Virus record (IMG/VR): IMGVR_UViG_3300034073_001700
Location: 56,143-120,142 of that record
Reading direction: 5' to 3' (one strand)
Source of the DNA: a virus
Length of the DNA stretch: 64,000 bases
Shown: piece after piece, positions 18,090 to 26,758 of the stretch
Layout of the letters: each line of letters starts with the position of its first letter
How positions within the stretch are numbered: position 1 is the first letter of the stretch
Position numbers and translations under genes: made by a program
Notes under the pieces: model-generated
Told to the model about the DNA's origin: nothing
What the model saw: the letters and a program-made list of their open reading frames with translations, nothing else
Database searches by the model: none

Positions 18090-18401
18090 CTATCTTAAAA
18101 CATGTCTTTTGATTTCTTTTAATGTGTGCTTTAAGTCCTCGTCTAAGGTCTCTACAATTTCTTTGTTAAAAGCCTTTTCTGTAAGCCTTACAATTGGATT
18201 CTCATCCATTACATTCATTCTGAGTATACCAATTTCCCAAAGTTTCATGACATGTTCGTTGAACATATTGTCAACCTCCCTGGCCAATAGGGGGCTGACA
18301 TCCTTTAGTTTATTGGTAAAACTATAAAGCATCTCCCCAGTTTCGGAATCTATCCCTGCTGGCTCCACTGCTCCGCTTAAAATTAAATCTTCTATATCCA
18401 T
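18090..18401 (-). CDS. hypothetical protein, paralog of 18403..18627
   Basis: Shared L.L.G..E...ID.ETGE..Y..T.KLK...P.L motif. Confidence 0.75.
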   Translation of the reverse strand: MDIEDLILSGAVEPAGIDSETGEMLYSFTNKLKDVSPLLAREVDNMFNEHVMKLWEIGILRMNVMDENPIVRLTEKAFNKEIVETLDEDLKHTLKEIKRHVLR

Positions 18402-18402
18402 A

Positions 18403-18627
18403 TTAATCTCTTATCCTCCATGTCATTGATTTTGGACCACGCTTATCTAAAATAAAAAGGTGGTGCTTAAATTGATCCTCTAACTCTTGATAAAGTTCTG
18501 GGGCTAATTCTTTAAGTTTATCTGTAATATTATAGTAGGTTTCTCCAGTTTCAAGGTCTATGTCTGAAATTTCTAGACCACCTTGTAAAACTAAATGCTC
18601 TACTAAAGCATTAGTTTTTGGATTCAT
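18403..18627 (-). CDS. hypothetical protein, paralog of 18090..18401
   Basis: Same shared motif. Confidence 0.75.
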   Translation of the reverse strand: MNPKTNALVEHLVLQGGLEISDIDLETGETYYNITDKLKELAPELYQELEDQFKHHLFILDKRGPKSMTWRIRD

Positions 18628-19035
18628 CTACTTTCCTGACTTCTGTCTTTGTGCTGCCAATAAAGAAAAGTCTTTTACCTTAGTTTCTCCCAAGTAGGCC
18701 CAGGCATAGCCGTCTTCAATCATATGATCGTTTACAGAAACCGTATCTCCATCCACATACAGCCAACCAAGTATACGTCCATACTTTTCTGAAGAGTCTG
18801 GTTTTTCTGTTTTTATTATTACATCTTTGGCTTCTTTAAGTTTTGACTTTAGATATTCTTTAGACTCAATACCCAGGGTTTTTTCAAACTTATCTTTTGT
18901 TCTAGACTCTGGAGTATCTATTCCAGCCAAACGAACTCGTTGAGAAAATGATACATTAAATCCAAGGTCTATCTCTACATCTATTGTGTCACCATCTACG
19001 ATGTTAGTAATTTTTTTAACCCTATAGGTATACAT
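18628..19035 (-). CDS. thermonuclease (SNase family)
   Basis: VDGDTID, RVRLAGIDTPE, KYGRILG. Confidence 0.92.
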   Translation of the reverse strand: MYTYRVKKITNIVDGDTIDVEIDLGFNVSFSQRVRLAGIDTPESRTKDKFEKTLGIESKEYLKSKLKEAKDVIIKTEKPDSSEKYGRILGWLYVDGDTVSVNDHMIEDGYAWAYLGETKVKDFSLLAAQRQKSGK

Positions 19036-19292
19036 TAGTTTTCACTTCCTACAAGTTTGTTTTCAATAAGCCTATCTCTTTCGTCAACGATATCTATGGC
19101 AAACTTCATCATCTTGTCATACCCCACGGCATTATCCATGATCTTATTATAATGATGGCCACAAAATAGTAACGACATATTCTCCTGACCAGTAACCTTT
19201 ACGTATGCCTGAGCACCACATCTGTCACATCTATCGGTAGCATCGAGCAAATAAACTTTTTCTTCTGGCTTAGACTTTAGCATACTAAACAT
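19035..19292 (-). CDS. small Cys/His actinobacterial-type hypothetical protein
   Basis: DRCDRCGAQAYV...LLFCGHH; start 19292 or 19283. Confidence 0.7.
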   Translation of the reverse strand: MFSMLKSKPEEKVYLLDATDRCDRCGAQAYVKVTGQENMSLLFCGHHYNKIMDNAVGYDKMMKFAIDIVDERDRLIENKLVGSEN

Positions 19293-19293
19293 A

Positions 19294-19479
19294 TTATACC
19301 CTTCTATTGTCAGTTGTATAGAATCCAGAGCCATTGAATGTGACTCCTACATTAGAGTATACACGAACCAGGGGGTTTTGGCAAGTTTCACATAAATACC
19401 CTGGATCATTTTCTGACATGCCTCTAACCTTTGTATATCTTACGGCACATGCCATACAGTCATATTCGTATGCTGCCAT
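19294..19479 (-). CDS. FmdB-family zinc-ribbon protein
   Basis: YEYDCMAC...CETC...F.GSGFYTTD; ATG 19479 overlaps the upstream TAA. Confidence 0.85.
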   Translation of the reverse strand: MAAYEYDCMACAVRYTKVRGMSENDPGYLCETCQNPLVRVYSNVGVTFNGSGFYTTDNRRV

Positions 19480-19589
19480 TATTTCTTCTTTGTCTTGGCC
19501 TTTACATACCAAACAGGAAGTTTAAGTTCATCCCCAGACCATTCGTATCCCAGAGCCTTTACCACAAACTTAATAATCTTTATTCTCAT
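19479..19589 (-). CDS. small hypothetical protein (36 aa), absent from the ORF track
   Basis: MRIKIIKFVVKALGYEWSGDELKLPVWYVKAKTKKK*; start and stop overlap both neighbours. Confidence 0.6.
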   Translation of the reverse strand: MRIKIIKFVVKALGYEWSGDELKLPVWYVKAKTKKK

Positions 19590-19756
19590 TTTGCTTTTCT
19601 CTCCCACTTTGTTCCTTCTTGTATAATACCATCTTTGTCACGATCTACCGCATTAGGATTAAATCCTTGAGAAATTTTTTTGTTTAGCCTATCTTCTTTA
19701 ATTGTAATAATAGAAATAATTAATGCCAAACCAATATAAACAAGTAATGCTTCCAT
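19586..19756 (-). CDS. small membrane protein (56 aa) with a DxDxDG motif, absent from the ORF track
   Basis: TM then NPNAVDRDKDGIIQEGTKWER; overlapping start and stop. Confidence 0.65.
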   Translation of the reverse strand: MEALLVYIGLALIISIITIKEDRLNKKISQGFNPNAVDRDKDGIIQEGTKWERKAK

Positions 19757-19974
19757 TACCCAACCTTCTTTCCAAATCTAGCCCACACTCTTTCATGAAG
19801 GTAGAAGAAAGTCATTTCTAGTGTTAGGTATGAAAGTCCATAAAGACCTACATATTCCCACTCTGCTTCTCCAGTGTAATACTTTAGAACGAAATAAATT
19901 ATTCCAGAAACAAAAGTAAAATGCACAAATGGCCAACTAATTGTTTTTAATAAAGATCGTTTTGATGATTCCAT
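19756..19974 (-). CDS. DUF2061-like membrane protein
   Basis: ESSKRSLLKTISW...YLHERVW; AAGGAG RBS. Confidence 0.75.
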   Translation of the reverse strand: MESSKRSLLKTISWPFVHFTFVSGIIYFVLKYYTGEAEWEYVGLYGLSYLTLEMTFFYLHERVWARFGKKVG

Positions 19975-20015
19975 TTTATTCTCCTTTGTGAATCTATACA
20001 ATTATAGCATTTATT

Positions 20016-20042
20016 GGGCAGTTTTAGTCATGCCCAGGACTA
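20016..20042 (-). ncRNA. compact H-type pseudoknot motif, copy 2 (3' of the S8 peptidase)
   Basis: TAGTC-CT-GGGCA-T-GACTA-AAAC-TGCCC. Confidence 0.65.
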
Positions 20043-20046
20043 TAGT

Positions 20047-20877
20047 TTATCGAATAAATGGATATGTTAGAAAGTTTGTAAACCCAGAAATAAACTGAGA
20101 AAACAGGCTTGTTTGTCCAACATATTTTGTTGCTGCAACAACATTTGCCACAGATGTTCCTGATATGGTGGCAGTTGTTCCATTGTCCCTTACAATTGAC
20201 ATATCTCCAACAGCGACAGCATCTAGTCCAGGACCTCGATTTGTTACCGCAGAAAGCATATCTGCTTTAGCAGTCAAGGCACCGACACCCACTGCACCGT
20301 CTACGCAGGCTGGAAATCCAACTTTATTAGTCGATCTATTATTTCCTGTTGATACAAATGTAGGAATATTTTGTGCTTGTAGATTTGTTATAGCATTTGA
20401 TACAAGCAAATCAGTTGGACAATTTGTAAAATTAACTCTTGACTGACTTACTGAAAGAGCATCAATACTATACTTAGATGCGTTTTTAGATACCCAATCC
20501 ATGGCCTCTGACAGGCTTTTGCCAGAGTTCAAAGAGCCTCCAGATTTAGAAACATCTGAAATTCTGATAAATACAATTTTAATATTTGGATCAGTCTTCA
20601 CTGATGCTGCTACCATTGAGTGTCCATGGTAAATTGCATTAAGCATAGAAGAAGGCCATACAGGTGAATTTGCAGAACCTTTGCCCTCCATAAACTTTTC
20701 ACCATTTAAACATGATCTATTTTGTGTAAAGCATACCTCATGAATAATAGAAGGATGCTTGTCTGAATTAATTGCAGAGTCAATAATTGCTACGACTCTT
20801 TCATCTGATGCTTTTGCAACCTGCATAGGTGCAAAAATTGTTACTGCTGATATTACTGCTATTAGTATTTTTTTCAT
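20047..20877 (-). CDS. secreted subtilisin-like (S8) serine peptidase
   Basis: Signal peptide; IIDSA (Asp), HGH (His), STGN (oxyanion), GTSVA (Ser). Confidence 0.85.
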   Translation of the reverse strand: MKKILIAVISAVTIFAPMQVAKASDERVVAIIDSAINSDKHPSIIHEVCFTQNRSCLNGEKFMEGKGSANSPVWPSSMLNAIYHGHSMVAASVKTDPNIKIVFIRISDVSKSGGSLNSGKSLSEAMDWVSKNASKYSIDALSVSQSRVNFTNCPTDLLVSNAITNLQAQNIPTFVSTGNNRSTNKVGFPACVDGAVGVGALTAKADMLSAVTNRGPGLDAVAVGDMSIVRDNGTTATISGTSVANVVAATKYVGQTSLFSQFISGFTNFLTYPFIR

Positions 20878-20923
20878 TTTTCTCTTTCTGTTTGTTTGTT
20901 GTTCTTACACTATAAGTATAGCA

Positions 20924-21457
20924 TTAGATGCTAAGTATGTCAATAGGACCCTTACAAGACATAGAGTGATTGATTGCAGCATTTACTGCAAGTACCGCTC
21001 TTTTCCTTGCGTCCTTTTGTTTTTGTGTAGAATACAAAGATCCAAGGGCTAGGTCTCCACCAGAACCCATGGCAAGATAATCTTGTTCATACTGTGTTAA
21101 TGACATATCTCCTGCGTTATGCTCATATATCTTTCCACGAACACAAATAATCATTCCAAAATCTGATGATGTAGATGTATCTACCCACCAATTTTCATAA
21201 AATGTTCTTAGGGCTTTTAGAAATTTACTATACATAAATTTATCAATACTGCCCCTACCTTCAAATGTTGGTGGAACAAATAAATGTTTTATTCTGTCGC
21301 CATCCATAGACCCAGCATATCCAAATAGGTAGCCTTCTTTTTTCCATATCTTAGGACTAGAGCAAACATTAATTGTATTATCATCAGAGACACCACGATC
21401 TCCAGCCATCCAAAGTTTATTATTTACTTTGTCACGGACTACCGCTATGCAAGTCAT
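20924..21457 (-). CDS. Ntn-hydrolase (HslV/proteasome beta-like) peptidase
   Basis: N-terminal MTCIA, D...KI, GYAG, AMGSG. Confidence 0.8.
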   Translation of the reverse strand: MTCIAVVRDKVNNKLWMAGDRGVSDDNTINVCSSPKIWKKEGYLFGYAGSMDGDRIKHLFVPPTFEGRGSIDKFMYSKFLKALRTFYENWWVDTSTSSDFGMIICVRGKIYEHNAGDMSLTQYEQDYLAMGSGGDLALGSLYSTQKQKDARKRAVLAVNAAINHSMSCKGPIDILSI

Positions 21458-21473
21458 TCAAAGCCTTTCTATG

Positions 21474-22097
21474 CTATTGAATTAGTGTACCAGAGCCTCC
21501 GCCACCTGTCAACTTGGCTGGCATGTTTTGTCCACATGTTGGACATTTCTTTATTTCAGTCTTATTAGATTCTACTTTATTTTCAGATGCTGCTGCACCT
21601 TTGAATTTTGGACGACCAAATCCTACAATAGATACCTGCACACCCTTTTTATTTTTCTTATATGCACGAAGTTGTTTACAAACTTCTCCACCATTTCTTT
21701 GGCTACCGCCTTTACGATTAGTTGTATTTCCTTCTATGCACCATACAGTTCCATCTTCATTATCTTTAATAACAATACCTACATGTGAGATGCGATCTAC
21801 ACCATCTGCTGGGAAATCAAAGTAAGCAATGTCCCCTGGTTCTGGATCACAAATTTGTGCATCATACCAACGACCAGCCTTTTTAAATGCTGCTGCGCCT
21901 GATGGAGTATAAACTGTATTAGGAACTTTTACGCCAGCCTTATCTGCACACCACATAACGAAAGATCCACACCATGGTTGAAAGTTAGCCTTTGTAAAGG
22001 CACCATACTTTGTTTCATTATCTTTTGGACCTTCAATTGTTCCAAGTTCTTCTTTAGCAATTTCAATAAGTTTTGCTGCTGTTCCTAATTCTGCCAT
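21474..22097 (-). CDS. CHAP-domain endolysin/amidase
   Basis: PWCGSFVMW, PGDIAYF, SHVGIV, IEGNT. Confidence 0.88.
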   Translation of the reverse strand: MAELGTAAKLIEIAKEELGTIEGPKDNETKYGAFTKANFQPWCGSFVMWCADKAGVKVPNTVYTPSGAAAFKKAGRWYDAQICDPEPGDIAYFDFPADGVDRISHVGIVIKDNEDGTVWCIEGNTTNRKGGSQRNGGEVCKQLRAYKKNKKGVQVSIVGFGRPKFKGAAASENKVESNKTEIKKCPTCGQNMPAKLTGGGGSGTLIQ

Positions 22098-22099
22098 GA

Positions 22100-22324
22100 T
22101 TACTCGTCACCTTTACTTTTACCAGCGAAATATCCGCCAATGATTCCAATTAAACCTACAAGAGCATTTTGAACTAAAGCAATAGCATCAGGGTTTGTAC
22201 CTACAGCCTCGCCAGTCGCAAACTGAGCAGAAAGCATGGCGGTATATTCACCAATTACAACAAGACCAATAAAACCTAAAATACCTAAAGTTATATATAC
22301 CATTAATCTATCTTTTATCTTCAT
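22100..22324 (-). CDS. two-TM membrane protein (holin candidate)
   Basis: Two hydrophobic helices, adjacent to the endolysin. Confidence 0.65.
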   Translation of the reverse strand: MKIKDRLMVYITLGILGFIGLVVIGEYTAMLSAQFATGEAVGTNPDAIALVQNALVGLIGIIGGYFAGKSKGDE

Positions 22325-22701
22325 TAGTCTTTATCCCAATCTTCATCAACTTCTGTTTCTTCTGGCATTTCGCCTTCTGATTTTCCTTCAAGAACTGGCT
22401 TTTCTTCTTCAACAACTACATCATCACTTACTTCAACTGGTGCTGATTCTTCTGATCCAGAATTAGTTTTACCAATTAATATACCAGCAAGCGTTCCAGT
22501 AATAAAGGTAGCAATAGAATTTAAAAGATTAAAAAACATTTTATCATTTTCTGCTTGAGCGCCTATTGGTTGCTCTACAAATATTAAGGCGTATAGATTT
22601 CCAGCAACAATTAAAAATACCATAGCCCCAAGCATTATAGCCAATATAAATTTTAGTCTTGAATCTAACTCTGCTGATGTATATCTAGACTTTGTACTCA
22701 C
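22324..22701 (-). CDS. two-TM membrane protein with acidic tail (holin candidate)
   Basis: Two TM helices; in the lysis cluster. Confidence 0.65.
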   Translation of the reverse strand: MSTKSRYTSAELDSRLKFILAIMLGAMVFLIVAGNLYALIFVEQPIGAQAENDKMFFNLLNSIATFITGTLAGILIGKTNSGSEESAPVEVSDDVVVEEEKPVLEGKSEGEMPEETEVDEDWDKD

Positions 22702-23040
22702 TTAGTTTCCTTTCGATAAGTCATCAACCATTTGGTTAATCTCATCTACATTATCTGGTGCTGGCGCACTCTTTGGTTCTTCAATTATATCAGAAGTTGT
22801 TTCTTCTTGTGGTTCATCTAACATTTCTGGCATTTCTGATATTTCCTCTTTGCCTTCGGTTGGATCATATCCAAGCAGATCTTCTGTGCAGTAACTTGTA
22901 CATAGTGGTTTTGTACATCCAGGAGTGCCCCAATTTTCTGGGTCTTGGCATTCATACCTATACTTGCCTTCAAAAACACCACATGCGGTTAATCCAATAA
23001 CCAACAGAAGGGCAGAAAATATAGATGCTATAGTCTTCAT
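22702..23040 (-). CDS. lipoprotein
   Basis: Lipobox LTAC; RYECQDPENW...C..P.C; start 23040 lies 7 nt after TATAAT. Confidence 0.75.
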   Translation of the reverse strand: MKTIASIFSALLLVIGLTACGVFEGKYRYECQDPENWGTPGCTKPLCTSYCTEDLLGYDPTEGKEEISEMPEMLDEPQEETTSDIIEEPKSAPAPDNVDEINQMVDDLSKGN

Positions 23041-23053
23041 TATTGACATTATA

Positions 23054-23323
23054 CTATTCTTTTTCCTCTCTGAGCGGTATTGTTATAAGCCATAATACTG
23101 TGGCTGCTACTGTTGCTATACCCACAATTTGTTGGGCAGTACCAGTCAAGGTAAGCCATGCAATGAAGAATCCAAGCAATGTCCACACCTGTGCGATGCT
23201 CTCCTTAATAGCCTTACCAAACCACCTCAGAAGCCCGTTTACGCCCTTTAAAAGCCATTCTATACCCTTCCTTAAAGCATTGACCACTTTTATTTTAGAT
23301 AAAATAGTCTTAAGTTTTGTCAT
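23054..23323 (-). CDS. membrane protein (leaderless)
   Basis: Two TM helices; GGGTATAAT-N6-ATG. Confidence 0.7.
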   Translation of the reverse strand: MTKLKTILSKIKVVNALRKGIEWLLKGVNGLLRWFGKAIKESIAQVWTLLGFFIAWLTLTGTAQQIVGIATVAATVLWLITIPLREEKE

Positions 23324-23330
23324 GATTGTA

Positions 23331-25463
23331 TTATACCCTCCTTGTTAACGCAGAAGCCACAGAAGAAATTATATTAGAAACAAGAATAACTGGAACAATT
23401 ACCTCTTGTGCCTTTTCTTTTTGATCATCTGTCATATCTTTACCCCATTGAGTAGGGTCAGATAATTCTTCTAAATCTATACTGCTAAATACCGCCAAAG
23501 GATCCTCTAAAAATAACTCAGCAGCAGCCTCAGTAATAGCGTCTGCAATTGTATATGGCATAGGGGCATCAGCGTTTTCCTCTGCCTTTTCAGCAAATGT
23601 TACGATGGCAGCAGCGACTGCAGGATTATCTTGTGCTTCTTCTGCAAGGATTGCTATATCATCTGTCTTTACTCCAAGATCTTTAGCCAACTCAACCTTA
23701 GCCTCTGGGGCGAGGGTAGTCAAAGATTGACCAACAGCAGACATTTGTTCTGGTGTTAATTTAACAATAATATTATCTTTGCTAGTTAGGTTAGCAATAA
23801 CGCTAGTTAAGTCAATGGTGGTATTATTAGGTGGTGATGGTTTTGGAGAAGGTGCTACAGGAGATTTCTCTGGTTGAGGACTTGGAGTGGGAAGAGGATC
23901 TATATCCGTTTGCTGAGGTGTTGGCTCTGGCTGAGGCTCTGGAGATATCTCAGGCTCAGGGTCTGGAGTTACGGATGATTCATCACCTGTTTGATCGGTT
24001 GGCTGAGGATTGGGGAAATCTGGTTCTGTTTGCTCAGGCGATGGCTCAGGATTTGGGGTAGGCTCTGGTGAAGGCTCTATGGAAGGTTCTGGCTCTATCT
24101 CTGGGGTTGGCTCTGGAGTTGGCTGTGTACTTTCTTCTGGTGTGGGGGTTGGCTCTGGCTCTGGCGTTGGTTGTGGCTGGTTTGCTATAGCCTGTGCAAT
24201 TGCTGCAGCCACCCTTTGACTTTCTTCAAATTGCCACTGTTTGTTATACTCAGTTTGAGCATTTAGTATTGCTTGCTGCATGTCTGGTATTGAAACCTCA
24301 TATTCATTTTGATCTTGTGTGAGGTTTTCTGATGCTATTGTTAGGTTTTCTTGAGCCTGTGTTAGGTTTGATTCTTCCTCAGAAAGAGTTTGTTGGTATG
24401 CTAATAATATAGAGTTCTGCTCATTGTAATAAGATAGTTTATTATTATAAATCTGAACCATAGAGTTATAGTCTTGCTGTGCTTGGGCTTGATCTGATAC
24501 CGCTTGATTATACGCATCAATTTGCGCCTGTGTTGCTCCTTCTCCATAAGAAAATGTGTTTAGATTGCAACTAAATCCTACTCCCCAGCCTCCAGTATAA
24601 TCGCATCCTGCTCCAGTCCAGCCACCAGGAATTGCCCATCCAAGATGATATGATCCTGGGCCTCCTCCGTTATACCACCATATCTCTACATCTAAAGTTT
24701 TATCTACGCTAACATCATATACTGGTGAATATGGACTCCATGTTGCTCCCTGCTCCTGCCAGTTATTAATAGCAAGTTGTCCATCAACATACATTCTAAA
24801 GCCATCGTCTGTATATCCTGCAAAGTAGGTGGTTGTCCAGTGATCTGGTACTGTTATTTTTCCAGTAAATCTAACTATAAAATCTTCATATCTTCCACAT
24901 ACTGGAAGGTTCATTGAATTTGAATTCCATACTCCAGTACATATTATTCCATTTGTAATGGCCTCTCCGTTATACCCTCTTGCTAAATAATAAACAGTAT
25001 ATTGTAGACCTGCATTTCCAGCGTTTTGAATTACTATCTGTGCTGTTTGTAGATTTATATTAGCGATATCAAGTTGATCTTGTGCATCATTCTTATCTTG
25101 TAATGCTTGATCTTTATCTTCTAATGCAGTAGCCACAGTAACTGTTTGGCCATCTACAGCAGATAGAGCAAGAGTTTTAGCCTCTAATGCTAAGGACTCC
25201 TGCTCTACCGCCGTATCATATTCTTGCTCAGATTCTTCTAAGTTATATTTTGACTGTACTGCATAGTTATACTTATCTATTGCGATATCTAGTAATTCTT
25301 GAGTTTTTGCCTTGTCATTTAGTTTATTGATATCTGATTGTAATTCTTGGATGTCTTCATACGCTTGTATCAATGGGTCAGGCTCTGCTTGAGATGCTGT
25401 TGAAAATGTCCACCCTAGCGCAAATATAACTGAAAGAATGATTCTAAATAAATTATTCTTAAT
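23331..25463 (-). CDS. large exported protein: coiled coil, PA14-like domain, Pro/Glu/Thr-rich stalk, C-terminal membrane anchor
   Basis: Signal peptide (..ASQA), TDDGFRMYVDG/WYNGGG PA14 motifs, PEPTP repeats; probable ATT start at 25463 (track gives TTG 25493). Confidence 0.8.
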   Translation of the reverse strand: MKNNLFRIILSVIFALGWTFSTASQAEPDPLIQAYEDIQELQSDINKLNDKAKTQELLDIAIDKYNYAVQSKYNLEESEQEYDTAVEQESLALEAKTLALSAVDGQTVTVATALEDKDQALQDKNDAQDQLDIANINLQTAQIVIQNAGNAGLQYTVYYLARGYNGEAITNGIICTGVWNSNSMNLPVCGRYEDFIVRFTGKITVPDHWTTTYFAGYTDDGFRMYVDGQLAINNWQEQGATWSPYSPVYDVSVDKTLDVEIWWYNGGGPGSYHLGWAIPGGWTGAGCDYTGGWGVGFSCNLNTFSYGEGATQAQIDAYNQAVSDQAQAQQDYNSMVQIYNNKLSYYNEQNSILLAYQQTLSEEESNLTQAQENLTIASENLTQDQNEYEVSIPDMQQAILNAQTEYNKQWQFEESQRVAAAIAQAIANQPQPTPEPEPTPTPEESTQPTPEPTPEIEPEPSIEPSPEPTPNPEPSPEQTEPDFPNPQPTDQTGDESSVTPDPEPEISPEPQPEPTPQQTDIDPLPTPSPQPEKSPVAPSPKPSPPNNTTIDLTSVIANLTSKDNIIVKLTPEQMSAVGQSLTTLAPEAKVELAKDLGVKTDDIAILAEEAQDNPAVAAAIVTFAEKAEENADAPMPYTIADAITEAAAELFLEDPLAVFSSIDLEELSDPTQWGKDMTDDQKEKAQEVIVPVILVSNIISSVASALTRRV
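23830..24180 (-). repeat. low-complexity PEP(T/S)P coding repeats
   Basis: Recurring ggctctgg/ggttgg units. Confidence 0.8.
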
Positions 25464-25513
25464 TTCCTTTCTCCAATGTATGTCTCCATACAAGGCAATT
25501 ATAACATTTAATT

Positions 25514-25546
25514 AAAAGAAAAAGGCGGGAGCAAATGCATCCCGCC
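25514..25546 (-). terminator. intrinsic terminator
   Basis: GGCGGGATGC-ATTT-GCTCCCGCC followed by TTTTTCTTTT. Confidence 0.85.
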
Positions 25547-25563
25547 CTAATCTTAAGTTTAGA

Positions 25564-26736
25564 TTACTTAATCAAAGCAACCTTGGCTTTTGGATTCTTT
25601 TTATTCCACTTCTTAGCCAACTTGTTAAATGCAACCTTAACTGCAGCAAGAGCAGCAGCATTGTCTGCCTTTACCTTATCAAGTTCTGCAGCATTAGCAG
25701 CAGCAAGATCAGCAAGTGCTTTATCAGCAGCGACCTTAGCAGTTACTGCATCAGCCTTAAGTGTTACTACTTCTGACTTTAGAGAAAGAATCTCTGTGTC
25801 AGATGCCAACTTAGCATCGGCAGCAGCCTTATCAGCAGCAGCCTTTGCATCAGCAAGAGCCTTGTCTGCAGCAACCTTATCAGCAGCACGTGCTGCCTTT
25901 TCTGCATCAAGTGCAGCGTTTGCAGCAGCCAACTCTGTCAAAAGATCACGAACTGCAATCTCAGCAAATGGAGATAGTGTACGTGCTGTTAGTCCAGTTA
26001 CATCTGCAGAAGAAGCCTCTCCTGCTGTAGTTGGAGCAAATGTTACAAGTGAACGAGTTCCAGTTGTTGGAAGTGTCAACTTAAACTTTGCCTGACCAAA
26101 GTCAGATAGTGTTGCACCAGTTGTTGCTGTTGCGGAATCAAGTGTTCCAAGACCAGCAAATACTGTAGCGGTTAGAGACTTACCAGAAATCTTGTTTCCG
26201 AATACGTCTGTTGCAGTTACAACAATGTCCTGCTTAGTTCCTGCAGCACCATTTGCTGGAGCAGAAACGGAAAGGTTGTTAATCAAACCTGCAGTACCTT
26301 GTACATAATATGTTAGTGTTGTTCCTTGATTGGTAACAACAACGGTACCAACAGCAGTCGTTTTAGTATATACATAGAACGTTGCGGTTGTACCTGTGCC
26401 AGTAGCAATTGTGATGCTGGATGATCCAGAACTTGCTGATACTGGTGCAGCAACTGTATGTAGTGCTGTTACGATAGTTGCGTTTGTTGCAGTTACAGTT
26501 ACGGCTGTTCCCGTATCAACTGTTGCAACAAAACGTAGTGCGTCAGTAGCATCGATAGTGTTATCGGCTGGTACTGGTAGCGCAGCAGGTGTTGCAGAAG
26601 ATGAAGCAGTTGTATTAGCAACTGAGTTCAAATCTACAGCAACTGTCATGACAGCAGCACTTGCAGGTGTTGCGACAAGTGTGCCCATAGTCATGGCTGC
26701 AACCACGGCTAGAGCGATTTTCTTAAATGAATTCAT
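25564..26736 (-). CDS. secreted Ala/Thr-rich Ig-like surface protein with an AADKA coiled-coil tail
   Basis: Signal peptide MNSFKKIALAVVAAMTMGTLVATPASA; beta-rich body; repeats. Confidence 0.8.
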   Translation of the reverse strand: MNSFKKIALAVVAAMTMGTLVATPASAAVMTVAVDLNSVANTTASSSATPAALPVPADNTIDATDALRFVATVDTGTAVTVTATNATIVTALHTVAAPVSASSGSSSITIATGTGTTATFYVYTKTTAVGTVVVTNQGTTLTYYVQGTAGLINNLSVSAPANGAAGTKQDIVVTATDVFGNKISGKSLTATVFAGLGTLDSATATTGATLSDFGQAKFKLTLPTTGTRSLVTFAPTTAGEASSADVTGLTARTLSPFAEIAVRDLLTELAAANAALDAEKAARAADKVAADKALADAKAAADKAAADAKLASDTEILSLKSEVVTLKADAVTAKVAADKALADLAAANAAELDKVKADNAAALAAVKVAFNKLAKKWNKKNPKAKVALIK

Positions 26737-26758
26737 TTTTCTCCTTTTATATTCATTC

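Noticed and set aside
12080-21520. Shared GGGG C-terminal tails in the holin-like protein (SGGGGKPAQMA) and the endolysin (TGGGGSGTLIQ)
   Set aside because: Low-complexity and too short to separate from chance without homolog data.
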